Source of the DNA: Squalus acanthias
Taxonomy: Eukaryota
Assembly (NCBI GenBank): GCA_030390025.1
Contig: CM059432.1
Span: 87,732,001-87,796,000, forward strand
Reading direction: 5' to 3'
Length of the DNA: 64,000 nucleotides
Positions 12,296 through 25,200 of the stretch are shown piece by piece. The first letter of the stretch is position 1, and every line of letters begins with the position of its first letter. Made by a program: the position numbers and the translations under genes. The notes beneath the pieces were generated by a model. The model was not told the DNA's origin and searched no databases. It worked only from the letters and a program-made list of their open reading frames with translations.

Positions 12296-13879
12296 GTATG
12301 CCATAAAGAGATTGAGGAGGAATAATGCACCATAGTGCTGTGAACATGACAAAAACAGGAATGTAGTAATGCGTGCGTACAGAGCTGGGAGGTGATAATG
12401 CATTCAAGGAGCTTAAAGAGCAAATGGAGGCTACAGATGGGCTGGTAGTTGGAAAGGTTGGAGCTCAGGGTTCAGTTTAAAAGAGCAGATATGAATGAAT
12501 TGGTGACAACCCATTAGAAAGCGATAACAGACCGTACGGCCATCTTTACCACAGCTCAGAGTGTTGCTCCAATGCTGAAATATGCTAAAAGTTTTTTGTT
12601 GCTTCATTTCTGTTAGGAATTTTTAAAACCTTGTTAAAGGTATCACCTTCATAGAATCCTTCAGAATTGCTCAATTCGAGCTCACTAAAGAAGTTTAGCT
12701 ATTGTTCACATTCAGACCTCTGAGTTAGGAATACCAAGGATGGGCAAGATATCAGAGTTGCTCCAAAACATAAGCATTATTGCAGAATTTTTGTCACCAG
12801 CAGTGCATGGACCTCTACAGCCAGGAATCGCTGTAGGGTAGCGTCTCATTGCACAAAGGTCCTGGTTATTGAATATATTTACAGTTATGGAACTGCTGGT
12901 TGCTTTATGTATTTAGTTGTGGCTAACAACTGTTTAGGATCAGGTTGGCGTACGTTGGAATGAAAGAAGCTTCCTTTTGTAGAACACTGAAGGAATAACA
13001 GACCACAACATATATTCCAAGAAACGTAATTTTATTTAGTGAACGAGTGATCGTGGTGTTCCATTGCATGTGGTGTGAGTGTTCACAGTGGTTTACTACA
13101 GTCCTTTAAAATGCCCCTTGTGATTCATGAATGTCTGTGCATTGCTTCCTCATACCTAAATGTTCCCCTGTCTGAACGAGTAACACCGGGGATTAGTGGG
13201 TGAGCCAACTGGTGAGCTGCCTGGTGTTTTGATGACCTCTGATCTGAATGTGTAAGTCAAGGGTAAACTATACTGCCACATCTGCACTACTGCATTGTAA
13301 AACCTGACTCTGGAGACAAGCAGTGTGATTATGTGGTTGGATGCACTGCTGATGCCTGTGCTGATCAGGCGACTGGGGAGCGGAGAATTGGGCAAGCAGG
13401 CCTTAGGTGCCATTTTATGGCCAGGCCAGATTTTAAGAGCAAAGGGTGATCAGATTTTTCACACAATACCCTAATTAAGGATTTGAAAATGATGCTAATT
13501 GCCTAGTGTCTCTGCTTTCTGTATTCAGCTCTGAAGTTGTTGAGTACCTGTTTTAAATGGATGCTGTACTGAAGACCCTTTCAGCCATTTTGAACATTAC
13601 ACTCTTAAAAGGTAATGCCATTATTTGCTGTAGGAATTATGTTTTTCTGCAGTATTCTTTGCTCATTCTGTTTATTTGGATTGTTTTCATTGCATTTTTT
13701 TGCTGGTTTCACTTGCAACTTAACTTTTGGATTTTTGGATTTATCACCTCTGGCTTATTAGCAACTGTAAATTAAGTTGTCAGAAGTATAATTCTGCATA
13801 TAGGCTTGCTGTTGGGTATACCACTCTATTTGCTTGTTTTGGAGAAGAATGAATAGGATTTGAGGAGACATGAGGGGAA

Positions 13880-14100
13880 GGTGCGGTTCCTTGAGACAGT
13901 CCTACTCAACCATCTGTATTTACAGACCAAGACGTAACTATCTAGACATGTCTGAAGAAATCTGTTTCCAATCTGGAGGAGCACAGAAGTATGCCATCTC
14001 CTCAAACCAGACTTTCAGACAAATTCCAGGGCACAGATGGCTCTGTCAGTCGCTGTCAAAGTGACCACAATCTTGAACTGGTTCCTTTCAAGCAACAGCT
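13880..14100 (+). pseudogene. Harbinger transposase N-terminal relic
   Basis: IYRPRRNYLDMSEEIC and ALSVAVKVTTILNWF match the intact copy (VYREQLSYIHMSEELC; SLSVAVKVTVALNF). Confidence 0.7.
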
Positions 14101-15034
14101 GGGGAGTTATGGCAGATTTTGCAAAACAGCAGCGTACCGATGCAGACACCTTGGGGTCAAAAATCTGTGGCCCTTCCGGCGCACTCTCGCCATTAGTCCG
14201 GCCGAGGGGCCAGATCGGATTGGAACCCAGAGCATTCACCTGATCCAAGCAAGGAAAGCAGTGTCATAGGGGGAATGGACAGAGAGGAGATTCACAGGCT
14301 AGGAGTTTCCTTGTCCCTGGCCTGGTGTAAAAGTAATGGGCCGATACACCAAGTGAGAGTAGGCTAATGGCTTACAGTCCAACAGAGTGGGGCCCACCTG
14401 GAGATATGGACCCGGCTTGTGGTCTGGACCCCTGCAGAAAATCGCTAGGATCTAGAACAGGCGGCTGATTGGCTGCCACTCTTTTTACACCGCCACTGAA
14501 GTTGAAAGCTCCATCCTGGAAACCTTAAGGGGGAAAAATTTGGTTGGTTTGCGCCTCCTGTTAGCGCCCTAATAATGGGGCACAAAGCAACTAGCGCCCG
14601 GGTGCGGCGATGTTTGCGCCGCTTGCGAAATTAACTAGAGTTTTTGTGGCAGCGCAAAAGTTTACCGCCCCGATCTCCTGCACCCGCAGATCGTGAAGTC
14701 AGTCGAGCGTGCAACGCCCTGGTGGCGCCCCGGACTGGATTTTGAGTGGCAGCCCCTTCCTTTCCACCTGGCGCAATCAACGACAGGGAGACTGGAACGT
14801 TTCCCAGTCGGTGAGGGGCTGGGGGGGGGGGGCGCTATTTAAAGGTGCCCTCTTCCTGGCTTTTTCTGTAGTAGGCATTTTTGCACCACATATTCTGACA
14901 GAGAGAGAGATTCTGAAAGAGAGATAGAGAGACTTCTGCATAGAGTCAACGCTGTGTGAAGTAGTTTTGGCTACTGAGCATCACTTTGCAGGTTCTTTTG
15001 GATTTGACCTTCATTACTTCGATTGCCAAAGACC

Positions 15035-16193
15035 GAGGGGGCTGCACTGATTTGGGGCGTCGTCCTGCGCCTGCCTAATCGGAGGCAACAGAGATGTAGA
15101 GAGAGAGTGGCAATCATGGCCAGACGGAGGAGGGCCAACAGGCCTCGGCACAGGAGACCTTACCCTCCCAGGGTATTCCGGGAATAATTCTCCTACATTA
15201 ATTTGTCTGAGGAGCAGTGTCTGCACAGGCTGCGATTCAGCAAGGAGGTGGTCACTGAGCTCTGCCACCTGCTGCAACCAGATCTGCAGCCTCAACTGAG
15301 GACCAGGACGTCTCTGTCGCTGGCAGTGAAGGTCACAGTGGCTCTGAATTTTTATGCCACCGGCTCCTTTCAAGCAGCTACTGGGGACATCGCCAATATC
15401 TCCCAGTTTGCGGTCCATTGCTGTATCCGTCAGGTCACAAATGCCCTCTATAAAAGGAGACACCAGTACATCTCTTTCCCCATGACCCTGGCCAAACAGC
15501 ATGAACGCGCATTGGGCTTCGCGAGGATAGCGGGCTTCCCCATGATGCAGCGCGCCATTGACTGCACGCATGTGGCATTGCGGGCACCGCATGAGAATGC
15601 AGAGGTCTTCCGAAACCGCAAGGGGTTCCACTCCTTAAACGTCCAGTTGGTCTGTGACCACAGACAGCTGATACTCGCTGTCAATGCCCGCTATCCTGAC
15701 AGCAGCCATGATGCTTTCATCCTGTGCCAGACTGGTGTGCCAGAACTTTTCCAGGCACCTGCATCAGCCAAGTGGTTGGCTCCTCGGGGACAAGGGTTAT
15801 CCACTCTGCACCTGGCTGATGACACCGCTCCGTAACCCCAACACCCCTGCTGAGCTGCGGTACAATGAGAGCCATATCGCCACCAGGAACATAATTGAGC
15901 AGACGATCGGCGTGCTCAAGAAACGGTTCTGCTGTCTGGACCACTTAGGAGGAGCCCTGCAGTACTCGCCCTGCGCGAGTCTCCCTCTTCATAGTTGTGT
16001 GCTGCATTCTTCATAACCTGGCAATCCTCAGGACCCAGCCAATGCCACCAGGCCTTGGAGCACCACCGGAGGAGGAGGAAGAGGAGGAGGTCGAGGAGGA
16101 GGATTATCAGCAGCAGCACCAAGGCTGGAGGGCGGCCCACAATGTTGAAACTGCAAGGGCTGTCCGTCAATGACTGATAACAAGCCGCTTCTA
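15035..16193 (+). pseudogene. Harbinger DDE transposase, frameshifted
   Basis: ORFs 15203-15835 (AIDCTH) and 15684-16016 ([20 protein letters not shown]) are in different frames. The ATG region is altered relative to copy 2. Confidence 0.92.
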
Positions 16194-16504
16194 GGCCCCT
16201 ACTGAGAAAATGGCTTCTGGCATGGAGAACAACATGATGAAAGCAACCCGCAACCCCAAAGCCGGCCAAGGCAGCAACGATTCCAAAGGGCAAACCTGTA
16301 CATTTTGAATACAAAAACTTTTTTATTTTACAAACTCTGTGTGTGTCATTTCTTCATGACAAACTAATAGAAACAAACACAAAAAATCATTCATTAACAT
16401 ATCTGGTTCTCACAACCTGGAGATAATGTTCAAAACACTAAACAAAAGTTTGAACACGAACCTCGGTCTTTAATAAAAAAATTCCCAACATTTCGTCACA
16501 CCTC

Positions 16505-18242
16505 CTACTTTTCGCCCTTCGAAGGTGATCTCCTTCCCTTGTGCACTTCCCCCCTTCCCACCCGACTGCTCCTCCGTAATGGGGCCCCAGTGGCTGCAGC
16601 AAGGCTGGTGGAAGGCTGCTGATTGTCAGAGCCTGAGACTACAGTTGCCCTTGAAGGACGCCCTCGACCAGCTCTGGGCCTGGAGAGCCCGGCTGCAGAC
16701 TGCACCAACTCTGCATGGGCGGCAGCAGTCTGGGCTACAGACGATGGCAAGTGCAATGGGGAAGTGAGAGTGGTGGCAGCAGGAATGCTGTCATCTTGAG
16801 AGAGGACAGCAACTCCCTGCTCGACCGACACATTAGCACTCCCACGGGGCAGCACCTCAGCATCCGGAGCAATCTGCTGGAGCACAGATTGCTGGCCTGC
16901 TATGGCGCGGTGAGAGCCCCGGGGAAATGTGTCCAATCCAGCGACAATGGCAGCAGTCAGTGCTCGCGTGGCCTCAATCTGAGTCTGCATGAGAGCAGTC
17001 TGAGATTGGATCACGGCAGCCAGTGACTGAATTGCAGCACTAAGCATTTGCGTGGCATCCACCTGTGCTACAGCGTAGTGCTCCACACTCCTTGCCAGTG
17101 CATCAATGCATTCGGGCACCCTTCCCACTGCACCCATGAGCTGAGTGTGTATGTCCACTGCCTGGGTGTTCATTTCAGTGATGAGCCGCTCCTCCTCTGC
17201 GTCCAGTGAAGTAGGACTCACTGGCCTACTCTCCCTCCGGGGAGAAGGCCCCCAAGCTTCCCTAGCCACATCGCGTTGCTGCAGCCTGCTGGGTCCCGGA
17301 GTTTCACCCTCATCAGACCCTTCCCCCCTGCTCCCCTCCAGGGAAGGCGTGTTCCCAGTGTGGGCATGGGCTTCCTCGGGAGAGGGTGGCGCTGAGGCTC
17401 CGGCTTCCTCCTCGCCTGCGACTTCACTCCCACTGCCAGCTTCAGGGCCCGTCTCCTCAGCTGGTGAATCACCATCTGAAAGCAGGGAGGTACAAGAGTG
17501 GCTTTAGCGTGAGGACAGGGGGGCAGTAAGGGAGGAAGGAGTGGAGCGAGTTAGTAAGTTGGATTGAAAGTGTAAAATGCTGGTGTTGTGAGGGACAAGT
17601 GGAATGAGAGAGGAGAGAAAGCTGATGACCTTACCATTGCTGTCCCGAACGGGGTCGACCTCTCCAGGGGCGACGGGGCCGATCACCTGGCTTGCCACAA
17701 TCCTGTGGACCCGCGCCTCAAGATCGCTGAGGGGCTGCAGCTGAGGCCACCCTCCACCCGTCCGTTGCTGCTGTTTCCTATTATGAAATAGCTTGGCCTG
17801 CAAGAAAAAGGACGGCGTCTGAGTAAATATACAGCCATGGTCTTGCCTGATGTGCCTCCCATAGTTGAATAGCCCTTACTGTATGCAAGGTGTGGAATGT
17901 GCGTGTGTGTTTCATGAGAGGGCCATAGGTATGGGATGAGTGTTGGGCATTGTGGTTTTAAGACCCTCTGGCCATAGATGGAGGTTGAAATGGAGGGATG
18001 GAGAGGTATTGAAAAAAAGCCACTCACCCTGACGACCCGAGTGAGGTCGTTGAACTTTTTGCGACATTGAGTATGGGTTCTGGGCACCAGGCTCCTGGAG
18101 AAGACCTGCTCAGCCACCTCCCTCCACACTCTTCTGTAGTTGCGCGGGAAGAGTATAGATCTTCTGCGCTCCACTGCGCCAACCAGAGCCCCTCCAAGAC
18201 CCGCTCGCTGGAGCACTGAGCTCGTTCTCTCACCCTCTCCAT
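16505..18242 (-). pseudogene. Harbinger Myb/SANT partner gene, 3 exons (18242-18028, 17797-17635, 17475-16505), exon 1 frameshifted and partly deleted
   Basis: Same GT-AG sites as copy 2. Exon 1 is split between ORFs 18024-18377 and 17683-18216 and lacks part of the ESGRRPLP segment. Confidence 0.85.
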
Positions 18243-18673
18243 AGTCCTTGTCTGGAAAATGTAGTCACAGGTCTCTCCAGGCCGAGATTCAAGGTTCCAA
18301 TGAGCAGGGTGTGGCTGGAGAGCAAGATCGACCCTCCCCTTTAAGAACTGTCCGGCACCATTGTGTTTGTGTTCCATTGCTAACTGACATCACCTGTGCT
18401 GCGCCTGCGCTCTGAGTTAGTGCCTCGCTCCTCGGCCTTTGCACCTTAAGACAGGTGTGCAGCGCCTGATTTAGCGCTCCAATCACCTCCAGGGGCGCTA
18501 AAAGCCAAGTTTGCAGTCAGAGGCGATAATTAGTGCCAGGCGCTAAACTTTGCGCCCGGCTGATTATTTGTGCCCAAACGGGGCGATGCTGAATTTCTCC
18601 CCCTAAGTTAATAAAAACAGAAAATGCTGGAAATACTCAGCAGGGCAGGCAGCATCTGTGGAGAGAGAAACAG

Positions 18674-18710
18674 AGTTAACGTTTCAGGTCGATGACCCTT
18701 TGTCAGAACT
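18674..18710 (-). ncRNA. Minimal type-I hammerhead ribozyme motif (core variant CUGACAA, probably inactive)
   Basis: Minus strand AGUU-CUGACAA-AGGGUC-AUC-GACCU-GAAACGUU-AACU: stem I AGUU/AACU, stem II, GAAA and palindromic AACGUU. Penelope elements are known to carry such motifs. Confidence 0.65.
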
Positions 18711-18970
18711 GGAAAAAGTTGGTGATGCAACAGATTTTTAAGCAAGTGTAGGGGCAGGGAGAGGGGGGAGGGGAGGAAAGAACAAAAGGGAAGGTTTGTG
18801 CTAGGATGGAAGACAGGAGAGATTAAGAGACAAAAGGGATGATGGTGCAAGGCAAAAGGAGATGGTAATGGGACAATTTAAGAAACAAAAGATGACTCTA
18901 GATGAAGTGTAAATGACAATGGCAGAATGATCAACAGCTGCCATGTGAAAGAGAGAAAACAAGTGATAGG

Positions 18971-20306
18971 TGTAGGCTTCGCAAAATCCCCCAGAAACTC
19001 GAACAGAACCCTAAAGGGAGTGATTTTTGGACCTTTCATACAAACTTGGGATGATGGGACCTAAGTGAAGTGATTTGAGGTAAAAACCTCAGTTTTGGAC
19101 ATTCTAAAGATCAGGGAAGAAAAACCCTGAGGAAAATGACTTTTGAATCTTACTGTTGGGAAAGACACCTTTCACAGACACAAGACAGGCTGTGGAGGGG
19201 CGTGGCCAGGCAGTGGACAGCTTTGGGTATTGGGGCCCAATCAAGCTGTCTGAGAACTGTTTACACTGCAATCCTACCAAGGAGGAAGAGACAAACCCAA
19301 AACCTCACACACACACATCGAAATATGAATCATCCAAGACCCCCTTTTGAAATTCCCAGGCCCAAACAGGATACCAGAAGCCTGAAATCAATAAAACATT
19401 TAGTACCCCGATTACTTCATCAAAAACCAATCAACCAGGTATCCACAGGGACAGATTTACAAGCCCGCCAAAAACCTAGGACAATAGGGACAAGATTTGG
19501 CGCGCAGATAAAGGCCCTGCCTAAATGGGAAACATCGGAAGCCATCAGGACATGTTTAACACCAAGTTAAAGCCATCAAAACTAACAAGCCCGCCGAAAC
19601 TAAGACAATGGAATAAACAGGGCTCAATTGAAATCTAAAGGAAACCGATTTAGTAAGGGGTTTTGGGCGGGAAAAGGACAAAGGGCCTGAACGGTATAAT
19701 TGGGGGCCTAATCCCCCAAGACAGTCTCTCTCTGGACTCTCTGACAACGCTCTCAACGCTCGCACAGCTCTCTCTCACAGCTCTGTTCCAGCAAGACACC
19801 ACAAGCCATGAGGAGGAGGAGGAAAGAAGGCCAACAACTTCACAAGCAGACCAACACGCAAGAAGAAACCAGAGCGACTGCCTCAGTGACCATCGGACAC
19901 CTCGTGGCAACAAGGGCCTTACGAAACCTTTTACTCAAAAGACTCTAAACCCTAACTCTCAACTGTCAAGGATTCGTTTGGTGAGCAGTTTCCCTGATCT
20001 CCTGAAACCAAAACCTAGCTAGATAGTGGGATTTTTGGGAGGGATAAGGTTTGTTTTGTATATTGTAATTCTCCCTCGCCTGTTCCGTGTGTTCCCCAAC
20101 CTGTGTTTAAGTGTTAAGTGTGTTTTAAGTTTGTTACCTTTTTTTTCTTTTAATAAAGTCAAAATTCTTTCATCAGAACCTGTTGTCTACTGCATCTTTG
20201 TTCACAACCCCTAAATAAGTCCAAGGTCTGAACCAGGGCCGTGGGAGCGATTCAAACCGCTCACTGAGTCAGAGGTGAAGGTTGACCCCACACACCAACC
20301 CCTACA
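18971..20306 (+). mobile_element. Solo LTR (1336 bp; ERV/Gypsy type)
   Basis: Termini TGTAGG...CCTACA, 4-bp TSD TAGG (18967-70, 20307-10), AATAAA at ~20152. Removing it rejoins the Penelope sequence. Strand is inferred from the polyA signal. Confidence 0.85.
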
Positions 20307-22070
20307 TAGGGGCAGAGGTTATGGTCTGAAATTGTTGAACTCGATGTTGAGTCCAGAAGGCTGTAAAGTGCCTAATCAAAAGATGAGGTGCTGCCCCCCT
20401 AGCTTACGTTGAGCTTCATTGGAACAGTGTAAGAGGCCGAGGACGGAGAGGTCAGAGTGCAAGTGGAGCAGAGAATTAAAGTGACAGGCGACCAGAAGCT
20501 CGGGGTCACCCTTACGGACTGAACGGAGGTGTTCCGCAAAGCGGTCACCCAATCTGCGTTTGGTCTCCCCAATGTAGAGGAGACCGCATCGTGAACAGCG
20601 AATACAGTATATTAAATTGCAAGAAGTACAAGTAAATCGCTGTTTCAACTGGGAGGAGTGTTTGGGGCCCTGTACAGTGGGAAGGGAGGAGGTAAAAGGG
20701 CAGGTGTTGCATCTCCTGCGCTTGCACGGGAAGGTGCTGGGGGAAGGGGCCTTGAGTTAAGCTCTGGTTGATGAGATCTTCACTAAAATACTTGTTCTGC
20801 CTTGTCATGATCACGTAAGTCCAATTTACCGGATCCAAACATTAGCCATAATTGCCTTATGCCTCACATGAACTATCATGGATTCCAATCCATTCCTCTT
20901 GCATAAATCTCTTTTTGCCCCATCGTATGTGAACTCTCAGGATACAGTTGAAACAAAATCTGTCCATTTTATTCTTCCTAATGTGAGATGCACGTGTACT
21001 TAGTATGTTGTACCCTGGTGCTTTCCTCTGTGAAGGTTTATGACGTGTCTCCTGCTAGCTGAATTTGGAGAACATGCTCCTCATACGGAGACAATGGGTA
21101 ATAGTTGCGAAGGCTCCATCCAGGCCGCATTTATTCTCACCTGTGTTGCGTGTCCTTTTCTTGTGGGCAGGTGTAAAGTGCACTCATGTTGGAATTTGGA
21201 AGAGTAGAGACAGCATCACACAAGTGCCCAGCTGACATGATACCTAATGTGAGTTCATGAACATGCTGCATGCAGGTAGCTTGTACTGGCGGCTTGCTTG
21301 GTGATCCGAACTTGCAAGAGTTGCGTGCGATATTAGAGGCTATTTCTGTGTTAGTGACAAAGTGTGCTCTGGAATATGCATGTATCAAAAGGGCTGAATG
21401 GTTGACTGAAAGCTTTTCATTTTGCCCCTGTGAAGCAGTGCCAAGGTGAGAGTGAAATATTCTTGGCAGTTATTTTAAGACAATAAACTAAACGTAGGGA
21501 AAGTGTGAGAACTCTCACCTTGTCTGTCTTCATGAGTCTAGAAAATGTATTTTTCATCTGCTCACACGATCTATGGATGTGGGATACTGCAGCAACTTTC
21601 TTAACATTTCAAGCAGTACTCCTGCTTGGAGCACAGCCCTTAGCTCCAAACAGGGCAATCATCCTTTGCAGCATTTCCCAGTGTAAGACCTTCAGAGCAG
21701 CAACATCAACAGGAAAAATCCTCTTCCTAACCCTCCTTGCAAGCATCCTGAATTACTATCAGCCAGCGTTTAAATTTGTCAATGTGCTGCTCTGCTTGAA
21801 CTGCGAGCACCTTAGGAGCTGCTGACTTGCTGGATATCGACACTACACACTTAGTGCGCTCCCTGTGTACTAGCCAATCTGTGCAGGGAACTAACGCTAA
21901 TTGTTAAAATAAGCTGACCTCACAATATGATGCAAGGTTAGTTCCATAAACTCCCTGCAACAGAAGCGCAGAATTGTCTTTTGTAACTCCATTGTGGCTT
22001 GAATCCTGATTTTAAAAAGTATTCAGGGCCCTTGTGTCTCCTGGGAACTATTTTAAATTAAAATGGGGAT

Positions 22071-22264
22071 TGTCGTAAGAATGAGCCTTACGCGTGGTGA
22101 ACTTAAAGTAAGCTTTAATCAACTAAAAAGGTGCTACATACAAAAGAGGTCTTACTCTATGCCTCTCCAGGATCCAACTGCTCAGTCCAGTATTTATCCT
22201 GGACTAATCACAGGAAGTGATGCAATAAAGTTCGAGTCACAGGAAGCTGTATTGTGTTACCACA
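22071..22264 (-). repeat. 3' LTR of the Gypsy element
   Basis: Identical by eye to 26318-26511. Preceded on the minus strand by the PPT GGGGGGGGAGAA. Confidence 0.96.
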
Positions 22265-22282
22265 TTCTCCCCCCCCAAAAGA

Positions 22283-25200
22283 TTAGGAGGCCGGGATGCT
22301 CCCTCCATTTCGTAGCCGCCGGACGAGGGAGAGCCGCACCCGTTTGGGTTCTCGTAGCGGTAGAGGGCCCCTAGCCCGTTTACCCGCCGCGGGCCGTGGA
22401 CCAGAGTCCGAGTGATCCAGCCCGCTCTGTGAGGGGTCAGGACGATCCTGACTGTGTACTGGTGCCCGAACGGGTGTCGGGCAGGGCTGTGGCAGATCCG
22501 TTTCCGAGCGTATGGTACGGGGTGGATCGTGGCTGCGCGTGCGAGCCCCGACGGGCTCATAGTCAGTCTGCCCCAGGTCGGCACGCTGGAGTGAGGTACC
22601 AGCCGGCGTCAGATCCAGATCGTGATGAGAGGCACCTGGCGAGCCCAGAGATGTGCCTGGTACAATATCATACCCTGGTGTCCCTCTATGTTTCGGCGGG
22701 CAGGGAGCCAGATCCCGCAATGACACGGTAGATTCCCGACCGTCAGGATACCGAATATAGGCGTAGGTAGGGTTGACGTCAGTGAGCTCAACCTCATCTA
22801 CCAGGGGGTCATTCTTGGACGCCCGGACATATCTTCGGAGTAGCACTGGTCCCGGTGCAGTCAGCCACGACGGGAGAGATATCCCATAGGATGAGCGACG
22901 CTGAAATCGGAAGAACCGTTCATGAGGCGTCGTATTTGTGGCGGTCGAAAGGAGGGACCGTGTGGAGTGTAATGCGTCTGGAAGTACTGCTTCCCATTGC
23001 TGGTTGGGTAGGCCCCGAGATCTCAAAGCCAGACGTACCGCATTCCAGATGATAGCGTTAAAACGCTCGACTTGCCCATTCCCGACCGGATGATAAGGCG
23101 TCGTTCTGCTGGCAGCAATACCCCGTTCCGAGAGATAGGCCTTGAGTTCTCCTGACATAAAAGAAGGGCCCCGATCCGAATGAACATAGGATGCCATGCC
23201 ACAGAAAGCAAATACCTGCTCAAGGCAGCTGATAACCGTGGTCGTCAGCATATTGGGGCAGGGAAAGGCAAACGGAAAACGGGAATACTCATCGACCATG
23301 GTCAATAGATAAGTGTTGCGAGTTGAAGAGGGCAACGGCCCCTTAAAATCGATGCTAAGCCGTTGCATTGGCTGGGTCGCATGTATGAGTATACCACCCG
23401 AGGGGCGGAAAAACTGAGGTTTCAATTCCGCACAGACTCTGCAGTCCGAGCACATCTTCTTTACATCCCCGGTAGAGAATGGGAGATTTCGGGACCGCAC
23501 GAAGTGTAGCATGCGAGTAACGCCCGGATGACACAACCCATCATGGATGTCTACGAGCGTAGAGGGTGCCATGGCGGAGCAGAATGCTCGTGTGAGGGTA
23601 TCCGGAGCCACATTCTCCTTGCCAGGTCGATAGTGGATGGTGTAACCAAAAGAGGCCAATTCCAGCCGCCAAAGCTGGATTTTATTATTTTTAATTTTGG
23701 TCCGTTTTCGATTATCGAGCATGAAGGCGACCGATCGCTGGTCCGTGATTAAGGTAAAGTGCTGGCGAGCTAGGAGATGAGTCCACTTCCGTACTGCCTC
23801 TATGATGGCTGTAGCTTCTTTCTCGACTGGAGGATAATGTAGCTCAGCCCCTTGAAAAGTCCTGGACAAAAATGCCACCGGACGACCTTCCTGATTCAGA
23901 GTGGCCGAGATCGCCACCTCCGAGGCATCACTCTCAACAACAAAAGGAAGACTCTCATCGATGGAGTGAAGAGCTGCTTTCTCCAACTGTTTTTTCAGGA
24001 GGTTAAAGGCTGCAACAGCCGCTGTGTCTAGTGGGAATGTGCTGGCCTTCAGTAGAGGTTGGATTCGGTCCGAGAAGTTAGGAATCCATTTAGCATAGTA
24101 TGCAAACAGGCCGAGGGCCCGGCGCAAGGAGGCCGGATTCTTAGGTGGCGGGAGTTCTTGGAGTGGGCGAAGCCTTTCAGGGTCAGGTTTAATGATGCCA
24201 TTGCCCACACAATAGCCAAGGATGTTGATGGTTGGTTGTGACTCAATGGATTTAGCCGCATTTAATGTCAAATTACGGTGCTGGAGTGCATCCCAAAATC
24301 GTTGGAGATTGGCGTCATGTTCCCGCTGATTGCGACCTGCGACAGTAATATTGTCCAGATAAGGAAACGTATCCTTCAAGTCTTCCTGTTTGACCAGGTC
24401 ATCCATTGCTCGCTGGAAGACAGCCACTCCATTAGTGACCCCAAAGGGGAGGCGACGAAATTGATACAGCCGTCCATTGGCTTCAAAGGCCGTATACTGC
24501 TTGTCTGAGACCTTCAAGGGTACCTGATGATAGGCACTTTTCAGATCATATGTTGAGAACACCGTGTACTCAGCCAGTTTATTAACCATATCATCGATGC
24601 GCGGCAATGGGTATGCGTCCAAGTCCGTATATTGATTGATGGTCTGTGAATAGTCAATGCACAGCCGTTTCTTGTGAGGTTGTAGAGGGTTCTTAACAAT
24701 AACGACCTGGGCACGCCATGGCGACGAACAAGGCTCGATGATATCCTCTGCTAAAAGCCGAGAAATCTCAGCCGCAATAAAAGACTGGTCTTCCTGACTG
24801 AAACGTCGTGACTTTGTTATAATCGGTTTGCATCGAGGAGGGATACTGGTAAACAGTGAGGGTTCATCCAGTGAAGCTGCTGACAATGCACAGAACGGTA
24901 ATCGAGGTCGTATATTAGAAATAGTGAGTTCAGGTTTGGATCCGCCGAACTCAATGGTGAGCTTCTTATGCTGCTTTTGAAAATCCAGCCCTAAGATAAG
25001 ATCACTACATAAGTCCTTGAGCACCGAAAGCCGGGTGGAGGGATACCTGCGACCATTAAGTGTTATTTCAACCATACAAAAGCCAGAAATTCTGGTATTA
25101 AGTGATGACTGAGCCATCGCAATTGCCTGGTCCGATGGGAAAACATGTAGCTTTAACTCTGCAACAATCTGTTCCCTAATGAAACTATCAGTGCTACCTG

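Larger units (their letters stand above)
14529..18603 (+). mobile_element. Full-length PIF/Harbinger DNA transposon, copy 1 (defective)
   Basis: TIRs GGGGGAAAAATT.../...AATTTCTCCCCC, 3-bp TSD TAA (14526-28, 18604-06), convergent transposase and Myb/SANT genes. Colinear with 38766-42982. Confidence 0.95.
18609..20750 (-). mobile_element. Penelope-like element 3' part (GIY-YIG endonuclease + terminal repeat), split by a solo LTR
   Basis: ORF 20376-20648 NLIYCIRCSRCGLLYIGETKRRLGDRFAEH...ACHFN is a PLE GIY-YIG domain. Terminal repeat with hammerhead-like motif at 18609-18720. Confidence 0.9.

Noticed and set aside
19136..20022. ORFs inside the solo LTR
   Set aside because: No recognisable motifs and non-coding-like composition.
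20760..21830. Possible host exons (short ORFs, splice-like sites)
   Set aside because: No recognisable protein similarity or consistent exon structure.
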